Shown here one piece after another: positions 9,169 through 19,211 of a DNA stretch of 64,000 bases. The notes below the pieces were generated by a model, which worked only from the letters and a program-made list of their open reading frames with translations, did not search any database and had not been told where the DNA came from. The position numbers and the translations under genes are program-made. The stretch is from an uncultured delta proteobacterium. Its GTDB lineage: Bacteria; Desulfobacterota; RBG-13-43-22. Location: positions 576,001 through 640,000 of the forward strand of contig CAWJJC010000020.1 in assembly GCA_963843145.1 (NCBI GenBank), read 5' to 3'. Each line of letters starts with the position of its first letter. Within the stretch, counting starts at the first letter, position 1.

Positions 9169-9930
9169 TTAAAACACAAACAGATCCAGACCGCCCATCA
9201 GATTCATGATGGATCCCGTCATATAGGCGGCGCTGTCTGAGCATAGGTAGGCGATGGCATCGGCGATTTCCTGGGGATGGGCCGGTCTGCGGAAGACCGT
9301 CTTTTTCTCCACGGCCTGACGGACCGGCTCGGGGAGCAGATCATAGCCATCCGTGGCACAGATGCCGATGAGCACGCTGTTGGCCGTGATATTGAACCGC
9401 GCACCCTCCAGGGCCGCCGACTTGGCCAGGGCAATGAGACCGGCCTTGGCCGCCCCATAGCTCGTCTGCCCCGCGCCGCCCAGAACCCCGGCCACTGAGG
9501 TCATATTGACGATGCGGCCCCACTTCTTGGCGCACATGTCCGCCCAGGCCTCTTTAAGGCAATAGAACGCGGAATTGAGACAGAGCTTCACTTCATAATC
9601 CCATTCTTCCGTGGTGGTCTTGGCAATGCTGATGTTGTGCCCCATCAGGGCGGCATTGTTCACCACAATATCAACGGGCCCAAGCTCCGCCTTAATGGCC
9701 GCAAAGCCTTTGGCCACATCGGCGGCCACACTCGCATCCATCCGGACGGCCATAGCTTTCCGGCCCATAGCCTTAATCTCTTCTGCCAGGGCCTCTGCCC
9801 CTTCCAGGTGATGAAAGCCGGTTACCACTACATCCGCCCCCTGTCTCGCGAGCGTCAGGGCAGCGTGCCTCCCGATGCCTTTGGGCCTGGAAGCGCCTGT
9901 TACCAATGCCAGTTTTCCTTCTAATGACAT
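9169..9930 (-). CDS. SDR oxidoreductase (FabG/3-oxoacyl reductase-like)
   Basis: TGASRPKGIG, VNNAA, YGAAK. Confidence 0.9.
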   Translation of the reverse strand: MSLEGKLALVTGASRPKGIGRHAALTLARQGADVVVTGFHHLEGAEALAEEIKAMGRKAMAVRMDASVAADVAKGFAAIKAELGPVDIVVNNAALMGHNISIAKTTTEEWDYEVKLCLNSAFYCLKEAWADMCAKKWGRIVNMTSVAGVLGGAGQTSYGAAKAGLIALAKSAALEGARFNITANSVLIGICATDGYDLLPEPVRQAVEKKTVFRRPAHPQEIADAIAYLCSDSAAYMTGSIMNLMGGLDLFVF

Positions 9931-10121
9931 AACGCCCTCCTTGGTCATAATGAATATATTTTCTATGGAGAATTTATTTTTTCATAATAGAACGACTGAT
10001 CATTTGGGTCAAGAAGAAATGAGCCTCCCCTGATGGAACCGTCCCCCCTGAGCCGGTGCTGATAAGGGGAAAACAACAAATTCCCCCAAGTCTTATCTTG
10101 ACTTTAAAGTTGGGAAAAAAC

Positions 10122-10150
10122 TTGACAGTCGGACAGCGTTGAATTAAAAA
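10122..10150 (+). promoter_or_regulatory. Putative sigma70 promoter
   Basis: TTGACA-N17-TAAAAA upstream of a structured leader. Confidence 0.45.
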
Positions 10151-10264
10151 AGAGATCGTAGGACCAACCGCTTCCGAAGAACGGAAGATTTTCACTAAAT
10201 CCAACCTCTAAAAAAGATTAACCGCCTGGGCAATCGGGTCGGTTATTAGGCCAGGAAAATAGAT

Positions 10265-10310
10265 AGCCATGAAGGCTCCACCAGGAAGGTGGGTTTCCAT
10301 GGCTTTTTTA
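10265..10310 (+). terminator. Intrinsic terminator in the 5' leader of the methyltransferase operon (attenuator-like)
   Basis: AGCCATGAAGGCTCCACC-AGGAA-GGTGGGTTTCCATGGCT followed by a T-run, ending ~18 nt before ATG 10328. Confidence 0.75.
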
Positions 10311-10327
10311 TTTCCGGGTTTGAAAGC

Positions 10328-11023
10328 ATGACATCTTGCCCAATTCCGGCAGCGGTTGATTACTGGAACGGGTACGCCCAATGGTATCAGCGCTGGCGGA
10401 CTCACAACAACTATCATCAGCCGATTATTGAAGCGCTGAAGTTCCTGGTCCGACCGGGATGGCGGGTCCTGGATATCGGCGCCGCCGACGGGGTGCTGGC
10501 CCTGCCCCTGAGCCAATGGGGGTGCCGGGTCACCGCCCTCGAACCCGCGGAAAGGCTTCGGGAGGACTTGTTCGCCGAGGTCCGCCGCCTGAGGGTCCCG
10601 GGCCCGCTGGTGTCGAAGAAAACCTGGGAGAAATACAACGGGTCGGACGGTGAGCCGTACGACCTGGTGCTGGCCTGCAACAGCCTCCACCTGACGGCCG
10701 GAGGTTTTCGAAAGGCGCTCGCCAAAATATTCGCCCTGAAGCCGAGGCGGGTGCTGGTGGTGGCTGAGGAAGGGGCCTCGGGACTGTTCAACCTCAATCA
10801 ACCAGGTTACGTTTTGGAATTGTTGCGAAGTTATGAGACCGACAGCCACTTTGGCTACCATGACCTGTCGGAAGTCCCGGCCCATTGGGAAGCCTGTTTC
10901 GGCCGCCCGCCTGGTCCGGAAGAACGACGAAGCCTCTTCCGCCGCCTTTCCTACGAAGAGGGCCATTGGTGGCTGAAAGAACGGGCGGCCGTCCGGATCT
11001 TTTTCTGGACGCTGGGGAGGTGA
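10328..11023 (+). CDS. Class I SAM-dependent methyltransferase
   Basis: VLDIGAADG, VTALEP, YDLVLACNSL. Confidence 0.85.
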   Translation: MTSCPIPAAVDYWNGYAQWYQRWRTHNNYHQPIIEALKFLVRPGWRVLDIGAADGVLALPLSQWGCRVTALEPAERLREDLFAEVRRLRVPGPLVSKKTWEKYNGSDGEPYDLVLACNSLHLTAGGFRKALAKIFALKPRRVLVVAEEGASGLFNLNQPGYVLELLRSYETDSHFGYHDLSEVPAHWEACFGRPPGPEERRSLFRRLSYEEGHWWLKERAAVRIFFWTLGR

Positions 11024-11054
11024 AGAATCCCCCTAGCAAGCTTTGGGCTCTAAA

Positions 11055-11085
11055 GACGAGATCCTTCGCTTCACTCAGGATGACG
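11055..11085. repeat. Half of a REP-like palindromic element
   Basis: GAGATCCTTCGCTTCACTCAGGATGAC; a related inverted arm TCATTCTGAGCGAAGGGAAGAATCC occurs near 28149. Confidence 0.5.
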
Positions 11086-11177
11086 AGTTCGGTAATTTTA
11101 CGGTTGAATTTTCTTGCTTCATGGGTGTCACCCCGGACATGGCGGTTTAATAAGAAAGGATAATAGCTGTATCGGTT

Positions 11178-11603
11178 ATGCTTAAATGTATCTGCGTTAT
11201 CGACGGTCAGGGTGGGGGTATCGGAGTCGTCCTGATCAAATACCTGCGGGAGGCTTATGGCGATACGGTGCAGTTAATCGCTCTGGGAACCAACGCCGTG
11301 GCCACAGCCCAGATGCTCAAGGCCGGAGCTAATAAAGGCGCCACCGGGGAAAACGCTATCTGCCGGTCAGTCCTCCAGGCCGACTGCATCGTCGGCCCAA
11401 TAGCCGTCACCTGGGCCAACGCTATGCTGGGAGAGGTCACGCCGCGGATAGCCGAGGCCGTTACCTCAGCACCCGCAGTTAAGATCCTGATCCCCTTATC
11501 CCAGGAAAAAGTGGAGGTCGTCGGGGTGGTCAAGGAGCCCCTGCCCCATCTGGTTCAGATGGCGGTGGGAAAAAAGATAAAGGAGGTATTGAACAATGTG
11601 TGA
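11178..11603 (+). CDS. DUF3842 family protein
   Basis: VIDGQGGGIG, ALGTNAVAT..MLKAGANKGATGENAI, MLGEVTP. Confidence 0.88.
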   Translation: MLKCICVIDGQGGGIGVVLIKYLREAYGDTVQLIALGTNAVATAQMLKAGANKGATGENAICRSVLQADCIVGPIAVTWANAMLGEVTPRIAEAVTSAPAVKILIPLSQEKVEVVGVVKEPLPHLVQMAVGKKIKEVLNNV

Positions 11604-11784
11604 AGCCAATGCCTACGTGATTAAGGACGGAGAAGAGCAATTAATCCTGGAGTCCGTTGATCTGGTGGAACCGGAAGAACCGGACGGCTTCCGCCTGGTC
11701 AGCATTTTTGGAGAACAGAAAATCATCCGGGGCCGCCTCAAGGGGATGAACCTGGTCAATCATAAGATTTTTTTTGAGGAATAA
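11596..11784 (+). CDS. cooT: CooT-family nickel-binding protein
   Basis: 62 aa, MCEANAY N-terminus, SIFGEQK, C-terminal NHKI. Confidence 0.88.
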   Translation: MCEANAYVIKDGEEQLILESVDLVEPEEPDGFRLVSIFGEQKIIRGRLKGMNLVNHKIFFEE

Positions 11785-11851
11785 TTTTCTGCGTCCACCA
11801 CTTGTCCTCCGCCGCTGACAGGTGGAGATTGCACTGAAGAGGAGAAGAAAT

Positions 11852-12247
11852 ATGGTCTCAAAAAAAACGACCGCCTACCATGAACACGGACCTGGGTCCC
11901 ACGTCCACCTAATGACCCCGGCCAAAGGGCCCCCTTCCCGGAAGGAGAAATTGATCATCCGGCTGGAGCGTTATGTTCACCACAATCTGGAACACACGGA
12001 GATGCTGGAGCGTATGGCGGAGGAGGCCGAGCGCTGGAACGGGTTGGAAACGGCCCGGCTGATCCGAACGGCCGAAGATAATATATTTCTCCAGAACCAG
12101 CCCCTCGAAAAGGCGATCATGTTTTTAAAGTCCGACAAAAAAAAGAGGAAGGGCACAGAAAAAGGATTGCCTTCGATCCACGAAACTCCGCCGGACCCGG
12201 CGTCTCGCCGGAAATGCGCTTCCGGGAAAGAAAGGAAGAAGTGTTGA
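11852..12247 (+). CDS. Small His-rich hypothetical protein
   Basis: HEHGPGSHVH and EKLIIRLERYVHHNLEH; AGGAG before ATG 11852. Confidence 0.65.
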   Translation: MVSKKTTAYHEHGPGSHVHLMTPAKGPPSRKEKLIIRLERYVHHNLEHTEMLERMAEEAERWNGLETARLIRTAEDNIFLQNQPLEKAIMFLKSDKKKRKGTEKGLPSIHETPPDPASRRKCASGKERKKC

Positions 12248-12487
12248 TTTCCGTTTTCTTATCTGGCGCTGGAAAAGAACCCGTGACGACAAGTAGAGTT
12301 CCATTTGACCGAAAGGAGGTGACCGAAGGGGCGCCAAGCTACTGAATGATTGCAATGAAGCGGGCAGGGAGCACCTGGGGAGAGACCCCCCGCCCGGGAG
12401 AAAAAATTCGGCCGATAACCTATTATTTTCCTCCAGGACCATTATAGCCGAACTGGAGGACCAAAAACATCATTTATAGGAGGTCCT

Positions 12488-14524
12488 ATGAAGCTGTTCA
12501 AATGGCTGTTGATAACCGGACTGGCTGCCCTCTGGGCTCTGCCGGTCCAGGCCGATGAAACGGAACTAAAAAAGGAAGATAAAAAGTCCTATACCCTGGA
12601 AGACGTCGTGGTTACCGCCTCCAAGGTCCCGCAAAAAGAGGAAAAAATAACTCAGAAAGTCGACGTGATTACAGACAAACAGATCAATCAGATCCCTTTG
12701 GGAAACGAAAACGTGGCCGAGATATTTCAATACCAACCCGGGACCTTTGTCAACGCCTTGTCGCGCAATGACGCCAATTGGGGTTCCTACGGTGGATTGG
12801 GTCCCAAATACAACGGGTACCTGCTGGATGGTTTGGGAATCGACTCCTTCATGGATACCATGGGCCTGGATCCTTGGGCCTTTGAAAGGGCTGAAGTGCA
12901 CCGGGGACCGGCGGCGGTCATGTATTCCAACTACCTGTCCCAGGATTTCGCCGGTACCCAGTCGCCCCTGTCCGGCATTACCAACCTGATCCTGCGAGAC
13001 ATCATCGATCAGCCTCTGACCCGGATCGCCCTGGGGTACGGGTCCTGGAACACCTATCAGGCACGGGCCTATAGCCAGGGGAAGTCCGGGAATTTTCATT
13101 ATTTCCTGGGCGCCAACTATGAGAAATCCGATTACACCAACTACGGAACCGCCAATTCCTGGCTTAACATGATCGACAATCCCGAATATCAGAAGGCCCG
13201 GCTCTATTTCAAGACCACCTATTTATTCGACCGCGAAGACCACCGGGTTTCCCTGTTCGCTAATCATTACCAGACGACGGGGGATGTGGGCCGCCCGAAT
13301 CGGGACTTCGACCACAACTACGATACGATCAACGCCGCTTACAACAACCAGATCAATGACTGGTTGAATACCCAGTTCAAGGCCGGTTACCGCAGCTATG
13401 ACCGCCGCTGGGGAGAAGATAACTACCCCCCGAACCTGGCCCTGCGCGAGCACGACGGGGTGAAACAACAGATCATCCCCTTGGATCTGACCTTCAACCT
13501 GAAGCACTGGAAGGACAGCCTGTTGACCTTCGGCGCCGACTACCAGAATGCGACCTATGAAACCTATGCCGAGACCAACGGTCTGAAAACCAAGAACAAC
13601 GATTCGAAGGCAGCCGCCACCGGGATCTATGTCCAGGAGGAACTGGGCTGGGAGAAATGGGTATTCCGCCTGGGCGGACGATACAACTATACCCAAAGCA
13701 CGTTTGACCTGATTGGCGGGACCGTACCCCAGGATAAAGAAAAGTCCTGGGACAAATTCCTGTACAGCGCCGGGGTCCGCTTCAACGCGCTATCCGCCCT
13801 CTCGGCTTATGCCAACGTAGGCAGCAGCTTTCAGGCCCCCTCGGCCAAATCGGTCGGCGGGACCCTCTTGGCCTCGGACATAGGGGTGGCGGGCAAGAAC
13901 GGACAGCTTCCCAATCCCAATCTGAAACCGGAGAGCGGCATTGGTTCGGACCTGGGTCTGGATATCCGGCCCCTGAAAAACATGGTCATCGGGGTTCGGG
14001 GCTTCTACAACCAGGTGGATGATGCCATCGTCGATAACCGGGTAAGCGACAACCCCTCCCAGAGCCAATCGGTCAATGCGGGAAAATCCACCTCGTACGG
14101 GTTCGAGCTGGAAATCAAACACCGGTTTGAGAAGTACGCTGAATGGTTTGCCAATTATACCTATACCCAAACCCACATTGAGAACAATGTGGATAAGGAT
14201 CAGGACGGCAGCAATGTGCCTTTCGTCCCGAATTATGTGGCCAACCTGGGCGTCACCGCCTATTTGCCTTATGATATTACCCTGTCGCCGTACCTGCGTC
14301 TGGTAGGCACTTATTATGACAGCACCTCCAAAAGCACTCGACAATCCTTTGGACCCTACCAGATCATCAATCTGAAGGCCAGTATGGGCCTCTGGAAGAC
14401 GGCCAACAACAAGGGTTTACTGAACTTCGACCTTAACAACCTGACCAACAACCAGTATGACATGCCCTGGCAGTTTCAGGACCCGGGCTTCTCGGTCTTG
14501 GGGAATGTAGAGGTACAGTTTTAG
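12488..14524 (+). CDS. TonB-dependent outer-membrane receptor
   Basis: Signal peptide, TonB box EDVVVTA, plug ERAEVHRGP, NPNLKPE, NNLTN, C-terminal Phe. Confidence 0.95.
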   Translation: MKLFKWLLITGLAALWALPVQADETELKKEDKKSYTLEDVVVTASKVPQKEEKITQKVDVITDKQINQIPLGNENVAEIFQYQPGTFVNALSRNDANWGSYGGLGPKYNGYLLDGLGIDSFMDTMGLDPWAFERAEVHRGPAAVMYSNYLSQDFAGTQSPLSGITNLILRDIIDQPLTRIALGYGSWNTYQARAYSQGKSGNFHYFLGANYEKSDYTNYGTANSWLNMIDNPEYQKARLYFKTTYLFDREDHRVSLFANHYQTTGDVGRPNRDFDHNYDTINAAYNNQINDWLNTQFKAGYRSYDRRWGEDNYPPNLALREHDGVKQQIIPLDLTFNLKHWKDSLLTFGADYQNATYETYAETNGLKTKNNDSKAAATGIYVQEELGWEKWVFRLGGRYNYTQSTFDLIGGTVPQDKEKSWDKFLYSAGVRFNALSALSAYANVGSSFQAPSAKSVGGTLLASDIGVAGKNGQLPNPNLKPESGIGSDLGLDIRPLKNMVIGVRGFYNQVDDAIVDNRVSDNPSQSQSVNAGKSTSYGFELEIKHRFEKYAEWFANYTYTQTHIENNVDKDQDGSNVPFVPNYVANLGVTAYLPYDITLSPYLRLVGTYYDSTSKSTRQSFGPYQIINLKASMGLWKTANNKGLLNFDLNNLTNNQYDMPWQFQDPGFSVLGNVEVQF

Positions 14525-14547
14525 TATCTAAATAAGCGGAAACGGGA

Positions 14548-14660
14548 GCGTCATTGCGACCCCGGACACGATCCGGGGGAAGCAATCCCCCGGTTCAGTC
14601 TGGGAAAGTTTTTAAGCTGCTTGGGGGATTGCTTCGTCGCTTCGCTCCTCGCAATGACAG
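14548..14660. repeat. REP-like palindromic element
   Basis: Inverted arms GTCATTGCGA...GAAGCAATCC and GGATTGCTTCG...TCGCAATGAC. Confidence 0.75.
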
Positions 14661-14721
14661 CGTGGTTATTGGTAATTTTCATCTTTCCCGAGTCCCCTCC
14701 GGGTTTGGACATTCAGAGCCG

Positions 14722-15738
14722 ATGAATCAAAAAATGCTTGCCTTCCTGGTCCTGGTCATCGTCTGGGGATCCCTGATGGTTCTCCCGCCGGCCCGGGCGA
14801 CCGAACCGCCCAAACCGATCGTGGTCACCGACTTTCGGGGCAAGACCCTGCGGTTCGAGGCACCGGTCCGGCGCATTGTCTGTCTGATCGAAAGCGCCCT
14901 GAGTGGGATTTTCATGCTGGGGGAGGAGCAGCGGGTGGTCGGCCTTTCCCGGAACATCTATACCGGGAATGTGTTCCCCCATTACGCCGCCCTGGACGCC
15001 CGCATAAAAGAGAAGAAACTCCCGGCACCCGGCAACTGGGATTTCGTTAATCTGGAAAGCGTGGTGGCCCTCAAGCCGGACTTGGTGATTATTTGGTCCC
15101 AGCAGACCGAGGCCATCAATTCTCTGGAAGAAAAAGGCATTCCGGTCTATGGTATCTTTATTCAGAGAAAGGAAGACGTCTATAAAGAAATCGAGGCCCT
15201 GGGGAAATTGACCGGCAACCCCAAGCGGGCCGAGGCGCTGGTTGCCTATACCAGAGATGAGCTGTCCCGCTTCATCTCCCGGACCTCCGGAATCCCGGCA
15301 GATAAACGCCCCGGGGTCTACTACATGTGGGCTCAGGGAAACCTGGAAACCTCCTGCGGCGAAAGCACGGTCAATGACCTGATCCGACTGGCCGGCGGGC
15401 GCAATGTCTGCGCGGCCCTCCCCCAGGAACACCTGGTGGTCAACCTGGAACGGGTCCTTTCCTGGGACCCGGATCTGATCCTCATGTGGTACAATGAAAA
15501 AAAGAATCCCCGGGACATTATCCAGGACCCCCAGTGGAAACGGATCAAAGCGGTTCGGGAAAGGCGGGTCCATGAGTTTCCGGAGGTATTCTGGTGCGAC
15601 CTCTGGACCCTCAAATTCATCTATGCCGTCAAACTAACGGCCAAATGGGTCCATCCGGAATTATTCCGGGATATCGATTTGGACCGGGAAAAACAAAAAA
15701 TGATGGAGTTTTTGTACAGAAAAAAGGCGACCGGCTGA
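14722..15738 (+). CDS. ABC substrate-binding protein (iron-chelate/cobalamin type)
   Basis: TDFRG..RRIVCL, NLESVVALKPDLV, ERVLSWDPDLI. Confidence 0.88.
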   Translation: MNQKMLAFLVLVIVWGSLMVLPPARATEPPKPIVVTDFRGKTLRFEAPVRRIVCLIESALSGIFMLGEEQRVVGLSRNIYTGNVFPHYAALDARIKEKKLPAPGNWDFVNLESVVALKPDLVIIWSQQTEAINSLEEKGIPVYGIFIQRKEDVYKEIEALGKLTGNPKRAEALVAYTRDELSRFISRTSGIPADKRPGVYYMWAQGNLETSCGESTVNDLIRLAGGRNVCAALPQEHLVVNLERVLSWDPDLILMWYNEKKNPRDIIQDPQWKRIKAVRERRVHEFPEVFWCDLWTLKFIYAVKLTAKWVHPELFRDIDLDREKQKMMEFLYRKKATG

Positions 15739-15803
15739 CCCTTTCGCTTGTCTGAGCTCTTCGCCTGCCGTCATTCTGGGGGCTTTTTACGAAAACATCT
15801 CGA

Positions 15804-16816
15804 ATGGCAGAAACAAAACATATTCGATCGGTCTGGTTCTATTTTTTGCCTCTGCCTTTGATGGCGGCTTCCCTCTTCGTCGGTCCTTCCGATCAGGTGT
15901 CTTGGAGGCACGTGGCCCAATGGTTTTGGCAGAAGGGCGCCTTCTGGGGAGCCTCCGGTCCGGTTGATCCCCTGGTGGAGGCCGTCCTGCTCGAGGTCCG
16001 CCTGCCGCGGGTAATCCTGACCTTCCTGGTGGGGTCCTCCTTGACGCTGTCCGGCAATGCCCTCCAGGCCCTGTTCCGTAATCCGCTGGTATCCCCCGAC
16101 ATCTTGGGACTTTCTTCCGGGGCGGCCTTCGGTGCGGCCCTGGCCCTGAGCCTGGGGACCCTGCCCCTCCAGGGAAGCGCCTTTTTCTTCGGCCTGTTGG
16201 CCGTGGGGTTGAGTTATTTTATGGCTCTTACCCGGCGGGGGGTTTCCATCGTGGCCCTGATCCTGGCCGGGATCATCGTCTCCGGGATTTTTACCGCCTT
16301 GCTGACGGTAGTCCAGTTCCTGACCGATCCCTTTAAACTGCGACCATCGTTCATTGACCATGGGCAACCTGCACAACGCCAACTGGGCCAAGGTCCGATC
16401 GGCGCTGGGACCCATCCTGGCCGGAAGCCTCTGGCTCTTCATCCTGCGCTGGCGGATGAATGTCCTGGCCTTGGGGGATGAGGAGACCCGAGCCGTAGGC
16501 CTTAATCCGGAACGGGAGAAGCTGCTGATCCTGTTGCCGGCCACCCTGATTGCCTCGGCGGCGGTGGCCGTTGCGGGGGTGATCGGTCTTGGTGGGGCTG
16601 GCCTTTCCCCACATGGTCCGCATGATGGTCGGCCCCGACAATCGGGTAACTACCCCGGTCGCCATGGCTTTTGGGGGTTCATTCCTCCTGCTGGTGGATA
16701 ATTTTTCCAGGACCGCCGCCGTCTTTGAGATCCCGCTGGGAATCTTTACCACCCTCATCGGCGGCCCTTTTTTTATTTATCTGCTGAAAAGAAATCGAAT
16801 GCAGTACGTGGAATAG
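15804..16816 (+). CDS. FecCD/BtuC-family permease (frameshifts near 16340-16357 and 16590)
   Basis: VRLPRV, LFRNPLVSPDILG, MGNL, LGDEETRAVG, EIPLGIFT spread over three frames. Confidence 0.8.
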
Positions 16817-16845
16817 TCAGTCTGAAGATTTGATTGGTTTTTGGC

Positions 16846-17599
16846 ATGGCGATAAACGTTCAAAACGTGAGCTTTACTTACGACGGCCTAACCGTATTGA
16901 AGGACATTTCCCTTCAGGTGCCGGCTGGAGGATTCACCGTGCTTCTGGGGAAAAACCGGAGCGGAAAGTCCACCCTGCTGAAGCTGATGGCCGGCCTGCT
17001 TCCCAATAAAGAGGGCCGTGTCGAAATTTTGGGAAAGGACTTAGGCCGCTTAACCTTGTCTGAACGGGGCAAGCTGATCGGCTTTCTTCCTCAGTTCCAC
17101 ACCCCGGTTTTCCCGTTTACCGTCAGGGAGGTGGTCCTTACCGGCCGGGCGGCCTACGTCTTTTCCCAACCAGGCAAACGGGACCGGGAAAAGGCGGATC
17201 AGGCCATCGCCGAGGTGGGGATCGAGGAATTGCGCGACCGCCCCTATACCGAACTTTCCGGCGGGGAGAGGCAACTGGTCATGATCGCCCGGGTCCTGGC
17301 CCAAGAGCCACAAGTAATCCTGCCCGACGAACCCCTCTCCCACCTGGACCTGGCCAACCAAGTCCGGTTTCTGCGGCTGGTAAAAAAACTGACTGCCGGC
17401 GGGCTGACGGTCTTGGCCGTATTGCATGATCCGAATCTGGCTTTTTTAAGTGGAGACCATTTTATTTTTTTGAAAGACGGGAAGGTCCGAAGGACCGCCG
17501 AAACCAACCCCCTGGGAAGCGGCGCTGTTGAGTGAGGTTTATGGGACACAGATAGAAACGATTCCCTTTCGGAGCCGATCCCTGGTAATTCCCTTTTAA
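16846..17599 (+). CDS. Iron-chelate-type ABC ATP-binding protein (C-terminal frameshift)
   Basis: GKNRSGKST, LSGGERQ, DEP, VLHD; tail continues LLSEVYG in another frame. Confidence 0.8.
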
Positions 17600-17620
17600 C
17601 TTGTAGGAGAAAAACGGCTT

Positions 17621-18052
17621 ATGGAATGGCTTAAATATGCGGTAGATTACGGGATCATCGGTTTGTTGATCCTGATGAGCATCATTACTGTCGGGGTAGC
17701 GCTGGATCGCCGGATGGTCTACCGACGCCTTCGCTTGGAGGATTTCACCGACAAGGCGAGCCTGGAAAAGGAGCTGACCCATAAGCTTCACTGGATCGCC
17801 ACCATCGGCAGTAACGCCCCCTATATCGGCTTGCTGGGGACGGTCCTGGGAATTATGTTGACCTTTTACACCATCGGAGCGGAGGGGTTCATGGACACCG
17901 GAAAGATCATGGTCGGATTAGCTTTAGCCCTCAAGGCCACGGCCGTAGGGCTAGTGGTGGCCATCCCCTCGGTGACTTTGTACAACCTGCTGCTCAGGAA
18001 GGTCAAGGTTTTGCTCATGGATTGGGAATACGATGGAAGAAAAAGAGTTTAA
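17621..18052 (+). CDS. exbB: TonB-system energizer ExbB
   Basis: TIGSNAPYIGLLGTVLGIM, LALKATAVGLVVAIP. Confidence 0.92.
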   Translation: MEWLKYAVDYGIIGLLILMSIITVGVALDRRMVYRRLRLEDFTDKASLEKELTHKLHWIATIGSNAPYIGLLGTVLGIMLTFYTIGAEGFMDTGKIMVGLALALKATAVGLVVAIPSVTLYNLLLRKVKVLLMDWEYDGRKRV

Positions 18053-18413
18053 TTATATCAACGTGATCCCGCTGGTCGATGTGATGCTGGTCCTGTCGAC
18101 GATCGTCTTGACGACTTCCTCCTTTATCGCCACCGGGATGATCCCCCTGGACTTACCCAAGGTGGTTAAAAGTCAAGGGGAAATGCTGCGGACCCAAACC
18201 GTGGAAATCGATCGTCAAGGGTCCCTTTTTTTCAATGCCCGCAGGATTTCCTTAGACGAATTGAAAGGGCGTCTGGAAGACCGGAACCGGAACCAGCCGA
18301 TCCTGATCGGAGCGGACCGACAGATTGCGCTGCAGGGTTTTGTGGATGTGCTGGATCTGGTTAAAAAACTGGGATTTAAACGGGTCAGCCTCCAGACCGA
18401 AGAGCGGCCATGA
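18033..18413 (+). CDS. exbD: ExbD
   Basis: INVIPLVDVMLVL, LDLP, ADR..FVDVLD. Confidence 0.92.
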   Translation: MEEKEFNYINVIPLVDVMLVLSTIVLTTSSFIATGMIPLDLPKVVKSQGEMLRTQTVEIDRQGSLFFNARRISLDELKGRLEDRNRNQPILIGADRQIALQGFVDVLDLVKKLGFKRVSLQTEERP

Positions 18414-19190
18414 ACACCCAATCAAAAGGGCTGCAATTTTCTTTACTTATCCATGCGGCCGTGATCCTGGCGGTGTTCGGCCTCAGTACGCTGGCTGATC
18501 GTCGTAAGCCGATACTCATTGATTTTAATCTGGAACAACCCGCTCCCTCCGCCGCAAAGGTAGGCCCGGCCACACCTTCCCCCGGGAAAAAAGTTCAAAA
18601 GGTCCTCTCAAAAATAATTTCCAATCCCCCTCGAAAAGAATATATTCCGGCAAATCCTAAGCCCGTTATCCAAGAGGAAGTTAAATCCGTCGCCCCCTTC
18701 GAGACGCCGAAGGTGGCCGATTCGTCCCTCACCGGGGTCCATTCGACCTCGGATTTAACCGTTCCGGTGGACCAGCCGGGAGATCCGCGGGTCACGGGAA
18801 GGTTGGGAAAACCAAACGATTTGACAGGCGGCGCCGGTAAAGCCGATCTACCTGGCCGGGGTCCGGGCGGCGGAGGCGGATCCGTGGACCTCCCCAGCAA
18901 TGAAATGATTAGAAACCGGTACTTGGCCGAACACTTTACCTTCATCCGAGACAAGATCTTGAAACATGTCTATTACCCGGTCTCTGCCCGCCGGCTGGGC
19001 TGGCAGGGGAAAGTGGTAATCTCCTTCATAATCAGTTCAAACGGGTCAATCACAGAGGCGCGAGTAGCCCAGGGTTCGGGGCACAACATTCTGGATCAGA
19101 GCGCCCTAGCGGCCTTAAAGGAAAAGCGCTCCGTTTCCCCGTCCGCCTTTGGAAGCCCAGATTGTACTGCCGGTGGTTTACCGGTAAGAA
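18410..19190 (+). CDS. tonB: TonB energy transducer (C-terminal frameshift)
   Basis: SLLIH TM motif, Pro/Lys-rich linker, YPVSARRLGWQGKV, SGHNILDQSA. Confidence 0.8.
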
Positions 19191-19211
19191 TAAAAGTGAA
19201 GGAGATTCATT

